Shown in pieces: positions 1 to 11,305 of a DNA stretch of 20,000 nt. Under the pieces are notes generated by a model that did not search any database, was not told where the DNA came from, and was given only the letters and a program-made list of their open reading frames with translations. The stretch comes from Seison nebaliae (taxonomy: Eukaryota): assembly GCA_023231475.1 (NCBI GenBank), contig JALJEE010003244.1, forward strand, positions 45,380 to 65,379, read 5' to 3'. Numbering within the stretch: the first letter of the stretch is position 1; every line of letters begins with the position of its first letter. The translations under genes and the position numbers were made by a program.

Positions 1-2947
1 TGGTGCACTTCAATTTCGATTATGATAATATTCGCTCGCTCTATCCGCCAAGTGGTCATCTTCATATTTACACGTTCAACTCCGACCGCAAATATATGGG
101 AACCATTGTCAATTTTAACAACCAAGCCAATTTCGTTCTTTATATGAAAGGTGCACCAGAAATCATTTTAGCCAAGTCAATTTTTTTCAAATTTTAATTT
201 GTCCAATTCAAATTATCATCAATATAGATCGAAATATTCGTTGAACGAAGACGCAAAACGTGACGCTCTCGATGGGAAGAAGAGAGAGAAGATCAATAAC
301 GTCTTAAATAAGATGACGAATGACGGACTGAGAACGATCTGTTTAGCTTACCGAATGTTTACTGGTTCATTCTGATAAATAATTTTTTCGAATAATTTTC
401 AAATTTTCCTTTTGAAAAGAAAGTGAATCACAAGTGATGGATTGGGAGGACGAGTCGAGTGTGGTCGATATGTTGACATGTATCGGCATCGTCGGCATTG
501 AGGATCCGGTACGTGATGAAGTTCCCAAATCGATAAGATTGTGTAATGAAGCAGGAATTACCATCCGGATGGTGACGGGTGATAATATCGATACGGCACG
601 AACGATAGCGAAAAAATGTGGAATTTTAGAAGGAAAAGACGACGAACTCGTTCTAGATGGAAGTGAATTTATCAACCGGATAACGGTAGAGAATGTGATT
701 TCTCAGACATTGTTCGATCAAATCTGGCCGAATTTGAGAGTACTTGCTCGTGCTAAACCAGTGGACAAATATATTTTGGTTAAACATGCGATTGCGAGTC
801 GAGTGGGAGATAAGGAGGAGATTGTGGCGGTTACGGGCGATGGTACGAATGACGGTCCGGCTTTAAAAGTAGCCGATGTCGGTTTCGCCATGGGAATTCA
901 AGGAACGGATATCGCTAAAGATGCTTCTGATATCATCATAACAAATGACAATTTCGCATCGATTGTTAAAGCGGTATTATGGGGACGGAACGTGTATGAT
1001 TGTATCACCAAATTCTTACAATTCCAATTGACAGCTAATGTGACGGCTGTTTTATTGGCATTTATCGGCTCATGTTTTTTGGGGGAATCTCCATTGAGAG
1101 CTGTCCAAATTTTATGGATCAATCTCATTATGGACACTCTGGCGAGTTTAGCTCTCGCTTCCGAATCTCCCACACAGGAACTATTAGAGAGGAAACCGTT
1201 CGGTCGTAGTCGACGATTGTTATCACCATCAGTTATCAAATATATTCTCGGACATTCATTCTATCAATTAATCGTCACATTAATCATCTTGTTTGTGGGA
1301 CCGACGATATTTCTGGTCGTCGATGCAAGTAATCGAAAAGAGACTTTTATTTCAACACCCACCGAACATTACACATTCATCTTTCACACATTCGTTCTAA
1401 TGACATTATTCAACGAGTTGAATGCTCGGAAGATTTGGGGACAACGAAACATCTTCATCGGCCTCCACAAAAGTTACATTTTCGTCATCATCTGGGTATG
1501 TTGTTTCAGTCTACAAGTTTTTCAAATTTTTCAAATTTTTATGTCATCGAAACTTTTAGCATATCATCGTTTATATTGGTGGGAGATTGGTGATGGTGAG
1601 AAACCTGCCAGCTGATTTATATATCTGGAGTTTACTCTTTGGCATCGGCTCGTTAATCTGGCATCAAGTATTAATTTGTTGGTCAGTCGAGAGATTTGAG
1701 GAGGATATTGATGAGAAGGATAAACTTAATCGGAATAAATTCTTCAGTGACACAACCATAACAAGTAGATTTATTTTTAAAAATTTCCTTCTCATTTTCC
1801 CCTTAAATAGCTAAAGAATTGACAGGAAGTAAACCTAATCAAGGCAGTTCAAGAGCTTCTTTAATTTCCTCAAATAAAGGACCGATGGTAGTTCAACCAC
1901 ATTTATCCTCTAAAGGTCGACAACCACCAAAAGGAAAAGTCAAATCACAATTGAGTTAGAAATTTCTTGTAAATTATTCTCAATTGACAAACTCGTTCAA
2001 TTGACAGATACAGAACAGTCCAGTTTTGCTAGTCATCGAAGTGGTACGGCAACATGTTAAATTTTCCATTCCATCAATTCTAAACCATTTTTTCAATAGT
2101 CGGTAGTCAATTGTTTGTGACGGACAATGTCGAACGGCCACGAAAGAAAACGGGTTAGATTTTAACGTCATTTCTCTTTTGAATTAATTATTTTTTTTTG
2201 AATTAATTATATATTTTTTTTAATTATTATTTTTTTTTTGAATTAATTATATATTTTTTTCTAATTATTTAATTTTTTTTTTGAATTAATTATATATTTT
2301 TTTCTAATTATTTAATTTTTTTTTTTGAATTAATTATATATTTTTTTCTAATTATTTAATTTTTTTTTTTGAATTAATTAATTTGAAGGACCACAATCAC
2401 CACTTGGAGAGTTGTCAAGTTTAATTAATCTCAATTAATTATTTTTCAATTGTAATTAATTTTAAAAAAAGAACCGAAGACAAAACAAACCATACAATTT
2501 AGCGGCAATCGTTATAATCATTATAATTATTAATATTATTAAATATAATTATTTCTCTTTGTCATTTTTCTAGGAAAGTTTTCGAAACAAAGTGAATTTT
2601 CTATTTCACCTCGTCACTAACTTTCTCATTTAGCGATTACAAAGCGATCGAATATCAGTAATAATTCTGCATGTAGTGAAGACGAGGAGAAATGTCCGAA
2701 CCAATTCTCCCATTCCGTTCAATGGGGACGTGGTCTCATATCAGGAGTGATGGATATTGATGAATATCTCTCACCTATCAAAGCACAATCTACACCAATT
2801 GCGCCCATTGCTCATATGATGAATGAATTGAAGAAAAAGCGAAAAAAGATTTCTCCTGTTGTCCTTTCCTCTGATGTTGGTGGGAATGCATCTGGAGAGA
2901 AAATGATTCAAGATCTACTCGAACAACTTGACGACGATTCGTTATAA
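1..2947 (+). CDS. PMCA: Plasma-membrane Ca2+-ATPase (P2B/PMCA), 5'-truncated. Inferred exons <1-175, 228-364, 420-1516, 1560-1764, 1811-1954, 2008-2055, 2100-2153, 2389-2418, 2472-2510, 2574-2591, 2634-2947
   Basis: P2B motifs [91 protein letters not shown]. All ten GT-AG introns keep frame to TAA 2945-2947. The core is secure; tail exons after 1811 are inferred from frame-consistent splicing only. Confidence 0.93.
2181..2381. repeat. AT-rich tandem repeat (~40-44-nt unit, GAATTAATTATATA-Tn-(C)TAATTATTTAA-Tn) inside PMCA intron 2154-2388
   Basis: GAATTAATTA recurs at 2181, 2200, 2240, 2283, 2327, 2371. Confidence 0.9.
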
Positions 2948-3034
2948 GCCGTCAAATGTTTCTTTTTCCATTCTTTATTATTATTATTATTATTCAAATA
3001 AAATTATTTCTCATAAATTTCTATACAAAAATAA

Positions 3035-4482
3035 TCAATCAACATTTGAGCATTGAAAGAATCGTAACAATTCCTTTATCTTCTCCTTGTCATCGTTCAA
3101 TAACCGTAAACAATAATAACAAAATCGTTTATCATAATTATCATCATTCTCTTTATTCGTTGTTGTCGTTGTTGTTTGTTGATCAATCGACTTTTCACAA
3201 TTACCACAACAAAATCGACAATTATCATTTCGTTGATGATTCAACGTTTTCTCGACGATTCTCATCGTTGCATTGATGACGGTGGGGAAATTACCATGAG
3301 CCAATGACAACATATGACTTGTTGTGTAACGATGTAATTGGAAATCATCAAATTTCTTTCTACAATTCTTTAAAATTTTATTATTCAATTTCATATGATG
3401 CACATAAAGTAGACATTCGCGTGTAGGAATTTCTCTTAAGGGTCGAACGAAATCGATCGAATAATCATCCAATATCAAAGTGAATCGGATACCTGCATGT
3501 TTATGGATATTACTTCCTGCACCAATACTCATCGCCGTCATAGTCTTCACCGCCATATCGGTCGATGTACCACTGAGAGCTATACGACACGAATTTCTAT
3601 TAATCATTTTCTCTCCAAACAAATTCCTCACCAAATTATTCGACTCTTCAATTTGTGTGGATTGGAGAAATCGGCCGAACTTGACTAATAATCTCAATCT
3701 GTTATAAAATAAATTGAATTTAAATTTCAAATAATTTCAAAAAAGTAAAAAACTTCACAATTTCGAGAGTTTCCTCCTTCCTGGAAAACATTTGGAAGAA
3801 TTGATCCAATTTTGATTGTGCTTGTTGAATTGGGGCAAAATAATTTTCCGTTCTCTTCCATTTTTCGATGTCTACGAAAATCTTTTTTCCATATTATCAC
3901 AGAAGAATTGGAAGAAAAAGAAACATGTGATAATGGTAGGAAAATTATGTCGTTATGTTCACTCATTTCTGATACGACATTTTCATCTTTATGAGAGAAT
4001 TGGATGAATTAATTGAAAATGAAGAATAAACGAAGACGAACGATAAATAAAAAGATAAATGGAATTGAATGATAGACGTTTCTCAAATTTACTCTTTTCA
4101 TACAATTGAAGAACGTTTTTAAGTGAGATCGCTTCCTGTGAATTCAACACATCCACTATCAATATCGAATTTCGAGAGATCAATTTATATTTGCCAATTG
4201 TCGATCTAATACGATGTTGGAAACTTTCTAAAAAACACGATCTATCAATCTACAATAACAACAACAACAACTAATTGCGAAACTTGCACATTGCGTCTTT
4301 ATAGTGGACACGAAGGACAGATTGTCGTTTGGAACATTTCATACAAAGTTCTTTCCATTCCTCTTTTTTCCTAAAGAGAAATATGAAATTTTTTATTTTA
4401 AAAATTTTAACGATTTTCTTTTCATTTCTCTCTCATCTTTATAACATTCCCCATCTCCACAAGAGCCGAGGCAATTTGTCAT
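3035..4482 (-). CDS. CTU2: Cytoplasmic tRNA 2-thiolation protein 2. Exons 4482-4412, 4370-4284, 4241-4042, 3986-3925, 3881-3754, 3698-3035
   Basis: The spliced product has CMKC..DAMCKSCFLESFQHRIRSTIGKYKLI (human as recalled: CVKC..DAFCRDCFKAFYVHKFRAMLGKNRLI), TDMAVKTMTAMSIGAG, FVRPLRE, LHRY..NFPTVINATMRIVEK and C-terminal CRFC..FCYYC, matching the CTU2/Ncs2 layout. Confidence 0.9.
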
Positions 4483-4624
4483 TTAGAGAAGCGGAGAACT
4501 TTCTCGAAAAATCTATTTGGAAAAAACAGATCTGGAAGGAATAGAAATGCAAACGATAACTACGAATAAGGAAATAAATGAAGAGAAGAATATTTATCAA
4601 ATGTCATAAAAAAGAAAATTCTTT

Positions 4625-5107
4625 CTAAGTTTCTAATTTTTCTTTTTCACTCATTTCATAATTATATCTGTAAAAAAGAGAATTTAGATAAATTTCAATG
4701 AGGAGGAAAATCCACTAACAATCCAATACGGCCCAATTGTACGAGACCAGTACATCCGAGAGAGAAGTTTACCAGAAATAAAAACCAATTCTTCGGGATG
4801 ATAATTAATGAATATCGCGACCAGATCGCACCGGTCGCAAATAGAGCAGTCGATTGATAAGTACTCAATTTTTCAGGCGGCCGCGTATAATCGCTTAAAC
4901 CGGCAATGACCAATCCCTAAAAGTGGAATGAGTTGTGAAGAGGATAGAGAAAAGCCGAACAGTTTTCATGACGGGAGACCAGAAAAATATGGTTTTTGGA
5001 CCAGCTGGATGATTCCATTTAATACGTTGTTGCAATGATGGTGATAACGTTCGATCACCAACACTAATCAGCCATCGATAAAGTTTGGATGGTAAAGAAA
5101 CCTTCAT
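4625..5107 (-). CDS. MPC2: Mitochondrial pyruvate carrier 2. Exons 5107-4961, 4916-4720, 4667-4625
   Basis: WNHPAGPKTIFFWSPVMK / GLVIAGLSDYTRPPEKLS / ATGAIWSRYSLIIIPKNWFLFLVNF is the MPC2 signature; two GT-AG introns of 44 and 52 nt. Confidence 0.96.
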
Positions 5108-5379
5108 TGAGAAGTGGGAAATTGTGGAGCTAAAAATTTAAAATGAAAACTGTTCAGAACGAACCTATTAAGCAAGATATATGTCATTATGATATCATTC
5201 GTAATTCTAGTGCAAAATGGTCAATTATTACGATTAATTATGACAATAACATTTTTGATTTAGTTTTTATTTCTTCATCAATTTTTTTATGAAAAATGAC
5301 GTTTGCTCATTTATCGATTATTTTTAATTTATTTCTCCCATAATTAATACTATGCGATGCAAATCTACTAAACTTATCG

Positions 5380-6000
5380 CCCGGATCTCCATTGAGATCC
5401 CAAACAAACCGAGAAATCAGTTAAAAAAGTATAGATACGAAAAATGGTTTCTTATGCAACAGAATCTTATCAGAAGTACAACAATACACAGTTGCTACTT
5501 TCATTTAGGACACCAAATTATCACACAATTACAAAACACCAAGGAAGAGAACAGTATACTAGAATAAGAATTTTAAGGAGAAACTTCAATTACTAACCAA
5601 TCCCCTTTTTTTTCACTTGAAGAAATTCCTTCAGTCTTTTTCAAATTAGACGACTAATCCTTCGACCTCGTGAAAGACAATCTACTTACCATATTTTGAA
5701 AAAAGTTATCTTGACATTTCTGGTGTCTTTAAATTCACTTACGGTTTCTAACACAATTTATGAAGGCCAAATTTAGTTATGTTGTACGTAAAAAAACTCT
5801 ATTATAAAAGTAACTCTAATTTTTAATGGAAAATAAATTGTAAATTTAAATAGTTCCCTTGTAACAATAGTTAAATTATAGATTATAAGAATTATAGATT
5901 GTGGAAGGAAATTAACAAGGGAGTAGAAGTAAATGATATAAATTGGTAAAAAATAGTTTTGAAAAATGTTTATAGTGAATGGGAAGAAATATGGAGACGT
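5380..6000 (+). mobile_element. Probable decayed Penelope-like retroelement fragment (RT C-terminus/thumb, linker, GIY-YIG start), with frameshifts and stops
   Basis: Collinear degenerate peptides: SIDTKNGF/ATESYQKYNNTQLLLSF (5428-5506; resembles ..NNGFTTSVYRKPTNTGLLLNF), TIYLPYF (5677), SNF*WKINC (~5815-5841; resembles VVYKINC) and NDINW*KIV (5932). Recognised by eye only; boundaries approximate. Confidence 0.45.
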
Positions 6001-6424
6001 TCTGTAATAGATAAGAATCAGCAAGAATTTTTTCTTCCGAACATGAGAAGACATTGCTAAAGTTTCGGGAAGAAAGATAATAACTAGAAAAAATTTAAAA
6101 TTATTAAAGAATTCTCTATTCACCATGAGGAAAATAGAAGTAATCTTTCTGATTTTTATTCAACAATTCCGTTAGTTGTTCTTCGTCGATATGTCTCACG
6201 TTCTGATTTCTAGTGTTACATTCCAATAACGCTTTTCGACAAAGTCCAGTGAAATTTATCTCAACATTTGAATATCCTTTCACGAAAAGTTTCCTTCGAA
6301 ATTATTCTTTAATTTCTCATATTTTAAGAACCGTTTGAATTTATCCCATCTAAACATTCCGAAATGAGTTAGTTGTCTTTCGTCTAGTTGTGTAGTCACT
6401 TAAACTCCACATTAAAATTATGTG

Positions 6425-9400
6425 ATGACAGGAACGATAACGAGAGAAGAATTGAAAGAGATTTTGATGAAAAAACGAAGAAGTTTCAAGAACTCGCCAA
6501 TCGAGTTTGTCGATAAAAATAAATTGAAACGAAGACAAAAAAGGACATCAGATTTTCCTAATCAATTCGAATGGATTTCCAACAAACATAAGAGATCGAA
6601 CCACTACGAAAATGATTTCCGTTATTTTCTGAAATTTGCTCCTCGTTTCTCATTTGAACCTTCGATATATAGGTGGAAAATTGAAAGTTCACAAATATGA
6701 TTTTCAGATGTCAGAAAAGAAACCGGATTATCCGTCAAATAAGGAAAAGTTTTCGACATTTGATGAAATTTTTGGCAAGAACTCCTGGATAACGGATTTG
6801 GCGATGAAACCGTCATTTACTTCGGTAGAAATCGGAGCACATCCTCTCAATTTATTTGATGGATTGACAATTCCTAAAATGGGAAATGATCAAGAAATAA
6901 TGGAGAACTCAAAAGAAAAAACGGAAAAAATGAATTTTGTTCAATCGAATTCTCAAATTCAACAAACAAATCAATTGGGAAAAGAATCAATAAAGAAAGA
7001 GGAAGATGATGTTGGAACTGAAAAAGTTTTCCAAATGCAAATGGAAGAGAAAGGTGGAGTTTTGAAGGAAATGAAAGAAAATCAAGATAAAAAAGATGGT
7101 GAGAATCGAATTGATGATTTTGGGAAAATTAATGAAAAGATCGTTGATGTTGAGAAGGATGATTCAACTTATGATAGATTTAAAGGAGATCAGAAAAAGA
7201 TTACTTCAAATGAAAAAATAGATGTTGAGAGTATTAAATATCGGAATAATTGGAATTCTAATTCGAATTTGAAAGACCAAGAAAATTTGTCTGTTGAACT
7301 GAATGAGAATAAAGAAATTATTAAAAGTAAATCTAACGAAACAAATTATAATAAATTTCTTCAAAACGACAACGACAACAAGAAGAACAGCAACAACAAC
7401 AATATCGACGAGAAAAGCCAATTTAGTGATGGTAAAAGAAATAAATTTAATAAATTCGATGAGAAAATTAACTACAATAAAAACAAGAACAATTTTGTTG
7501 AGTATGGAAATAAATTTCATAAGATGAATAATCTTCATCGTAATTATGAAGGATATAGAGATGATGATTATGATAATTCCAATGATTTTAATGAGTTCGA
7601 TATTATTAATAATATTAAATTGGATGAATTACAACAAACTTTGGTAGAAAGAAAATATGGTTCGTTTGGAGAAGTATTATCATTTTATCTTTCAAATTTT
7701 TTATGTAATTAGAGTATGAAGAATGGTTGAGAAGATTGAAGGAATTAGATTCTGATAACAGTTCCATTCGTATTCGATTATTCGTCTTCAATCATTTGCA
7801 GAACCAATCGATCAGATTTTACTGAAGAAAGTGAATCGACTCAAAATACTCAAACAATGTTTCAACGAACTTTTTCCTTTTCTGTCTATTTCTGTCTTTA
7901 TATTTCTATTTAGCCATTCGTGATCGACAAATGAAATTAAATAAAGATCAAAATTTTTATTTCAAAATTAGTTCAATTACTCGATAAATTACTCAGTTAA
8001 ATTTGTTTATCATTCAGAAAGTGAAATAGATATGATCAAGAAAGATTTGGAACCGACAAGTTCAACATTAAATTATTTTCCTAAATTAATTATTTTTTTA
8101 AATTTAATTAATATAAATAATAAAATTTAAATAAATTTCAATTAAATTCTCACCAATCTCTCGATGGGAAGACATGGAAATCGATGACATAAGACGAGAG
8201 ATCGAACGAGCCACTGGCTATTTGGAAGAACGAGAGAAATGTTGGTCATTCTCCTTTCCACTCTCCACATTCCCATTCGAATAGACGAAAATGAAGCAGA
8301 AAATACATATCGACGAATTTCAGCCAATAATAAAAATTTAGGTGATTGTATCATTTTAGATTGATATATATATATATAAATTGTTATTTAGGTAAGAAAA
8401 TTTATTCGTTGAAGAATCAATTGAAAGTGAAGAAGGATGCCATTCGACAACTTCACAAAGGTTCCCTTTTCAGTTAAATTTAAATGAATTTCTATCGAAT
8501 TAATTTCGAAGAAAGTGCACGAAAAGAGAAATTATTAGAAAAAGTACAAAATTTAGATGAATATACTCTGAAAGGTTTGTTCTCTCATGCTGAAATTCAG
8601 TCAACTATTTCATTTGAAGATTATCAAATGTCGAAAGCGGAAAAGAAATTATATTGTTCTCATCATTTCCATTAAAAACTCCATCGAATTCTCTTTGTAA
8701 AGTGAACAGTTTGGAGCAGATCAATAAATTGATAAAAGAAAAGGAACGAAAAGTGGAAGCGATGAGGAAAGCCGTCGACAAGAACATCACACCAACAACT
8801 TTCATGAATAACGAGACGATAAAGAATTTGGGTATTTTTTTAAAAATTTTATCTAGAGACTTATGAAAATGTTTCGGACAGATTTGGATTTGATGAAAGA
8901 AGAAGATACAATTCGTTACAAGAAAGAAGTTAAAAAGAATTTAGTAACCAGTTTGTCATTCTCTCAACCACACTCGACAACATCTTCTCTTTCTAGTTCT
9001 CAATCAACAACTCGCTACCAAAGGACAACAATCGAAACAATTGGAGTTTCTTCGTTAAATTTAAACGAGATTTTTTTGAACGAAATTTTTTTTTTCACAA
9101 AATAATTCTAGAGTCGATTGTGAGAAAAGAAAGGAATTTCGTCACTACTACTAAAAGCGAATTAACTCAATTAGCGTCTAGTTGAAAATTGCTAAATTTT
9201 CTTCAAAATTTGAATTTCCAAAATTTTTTCCAGAATTGAGAATGGTAAGAAAGAATTTGATTGACAATAAAAAGATTGCATCGATTACAAGTTTTTTTCC
9301 TTTCCCACTTTTCTCATGACATTGTCTGTAGATGGAAGTCTCACGTACACCAACACCGTCCTCGATAATTTAGTGATGGCGATATTTGAAAAATATAATG

Positions 9401-11181
9401 GTTTAAATTTCCGTTTTTTTTTGGATTCATCAACCGATTTAGAATATAACCGTTTGAATATGACGTTGATGGGAAAGATGAATATATTGAAGAAATTACT
9501 TCTGTCAATCACGGCGAATGAAGCAAAAGTGATCGGTCAACAAAAAGCTCTTGATCGATTATTGATTTGTTGAATTCTTTTAGAATAATATTTTGAAAAA
9601 ATTTTTTGAAAAAATTTTTTGTAGATTTAAAGAATGTTTTGTTGATCGGCAAAGTGAAATTGGAACAGATGCCGCGTTAGATTTGAATTAGGAAATGTTG
9701 GGGAGTGAGAGAAAGAATTCAATATATTTCTCAGTGAAAGGAATAAAGAGTGTGGACGAACTGAAGACGATGAGAGCGATTTTGGAACAAAGTTTCATTC
9801 TAATTTCATTCTCAATTCTCCAATTGAGAACGACATAGATTTGAAGAGTTCCCAATTGAAATTTATTAATGTGGAGAAAGTGGAGAAGGCGAAAAGTTTC
9901 CTCATTTCTCATCAATTTCACTTTTGAAATTCTTCTAGTTATTCAATTATTGAAGAAGGAGAAATTGCTACATGTTATTTTTAAGTGTTCTCTGAGAAAT
10001 ATCTGAATAAATTCCTGAAGGATTCCGTAAATCCGTTAAGTTTAACCGACATGAAATTGAAGAAGATAATTGAAAAAATTGTACCGAAATTTTCTGGAGA
10101 GAAACTTGAGAAATTTTTTAATAGTTCAATTTTCTATTTATGTGAATAGGTTGGATGGTTTTGCAGGTTACGGTTATAACCGGACGACAACGTTAAAGAG
10201 GTTGACGGAATATGTGGACTTGAGAAGTGAGTGATGATTTATTGAATTTATTCGAATTATGTTCTTAGAAAATTGGGAGAAAGTTTTAAGGAAATTTTCA
10301 AAAAAATTCAAAGAATTGCCTAATATTGGATGCGAACGGATATTGAATGATTATGAATATGGATCGATTAATGAGAAATTTGATGAGAAAACGAATCGCA
10401 GTGAATTAATTCAATCCATCAAATGGACAGATGATGTGAAAGAGTTTGATGGAAATATATCGAGATTATGGTTACATCTCCAATCGCACCATTTCCATAG
10501 AACGGGATTAAATTCATTGAAAGTTCATTTGAAAGAATTTGGAAAAAAGAAGAAATTTGACGAAATGAAAAACATTCACATTTACACAGAAAGTTCTCAG
10601 TCAGCTTCTCTCCATTCAAATTGTTCCATTGAAATTTAGAAAATGAAAATTTAACTCGAGTCAATTCGCGAAGTTTCCTGCGCGTACCAAATGTGCCACA
10701 TCCATTCAAATTTCCCACAATTTCATTAATTCATAAATTTGAAGAGAATTTTACCGTGCAATTCTTTCCCAATCACACCATCAATTGGTCGTATTCTCAG
10801 AAGAAAGGTAAATTGATCATTCCGTGGAGTGTGCCGTCAAATCAATTGCCGAAAATCAAATTTAAGAAAAATAATTTGAGGAGGAAGAAATTGAAGGAAT
10901 TGTACGTGAATGATCAGATGATGATAATGAAATTTCATTTTAATTACATAAAAAATCGACCGTCATGTAAACGGTGGAAGAATGACATTGGAGCACAAGT
11001 ACAAGTTAAATTGTACGAAAATGGACATATCAAATATTCGCCACACATTCCAGCGATTTGTTTTTTCATCTATAACGCGCCCGTTATCGACAAAGAATAC
11101 GCAATAAAATTAACTGATCGTTCTTATCAGTCGTTAATGGATCTGACTCCGTCCCATTTGACATTCTGTCAATCTTATTAA
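6425..11181 (+). CDS. Uncharacterised ~1160-aa protein, 26 inferred exons: 6425-6620, 6673-7659, 7713-7760, 7802-7858, 7914-7970, 8018-8059, 8172-8240, 8285-8341, 8392-8460, 8512-8574, 8620-8655, 8703-8831, 8882-8950, 8997-9053, 9112-9180, 9234-9290, 9332-9400, 9443-9568, 9625-9675, 9735-9791, 9839-9895, 9939-9973, 10021-10123, 10167-10226, 10269-10592, 10640-11181
   Basis: 25 GT-AG introns (24 phase 1) join into one open frame of 3486 nt ending at TAA 11179-11181. N/K/E/D low-complexity N-terminal part, L/I/K/E helical middle, aromatic-rich C-terminal domain. The start codon is uncertain, extra in-frame introns (e.g. 6505-6543) are possible, and I recognise no family. Confidence 0.75.
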
Positions 11182-11305
11182 CATACTTCCATCTTATCCG
11201 ACAATTATCCGATTATCATTCGAGATGGAAATTTAAAAATAAAATTGATAAATTTCAAAAAAATTTTTTTACAAAATAAAAAGAGTTGGAAAGGAAAAAA
11301 ATCGT

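Noticed and set aside
2181..2381. CRISPR-like array
   Set aside because: Eukaryotic context, no unique spacers, AT-rich low complexity inside an intron.
2747..2947. 66-aa ORF as an independent gene
   Set aside because: Its frame is open upstream to the acceptor at 2633 and splices in frame to the PMCA tail.
4961..4963. MPC2 K-W to K-T change at the exon 1 end as evidence of RNA editing or odd splicing
   Set aside because: A normal GT-AG phase-0 intron yields ..MKT-GLV..; a simple substitution suffices.
5383..5400. Hairpin GGATCTC-CATT-GAGATCC (with nearby ATGCAAAT) as an ncRNA/snRNA gene
   Set aside because: A single 7-bp stem with no recognisable snRNA, tRNA or SL RNA sequence; compatible with chance.
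5773..6130. 117-aa minus-strand ORF, or stop-codon reassignment in the + frame
   Set aside because: The minus ORF is the F/I/L-rich shadow of A-rich DNA. Real genes here end at TAA/TAG, so the in-frame stops are better explained by decay.
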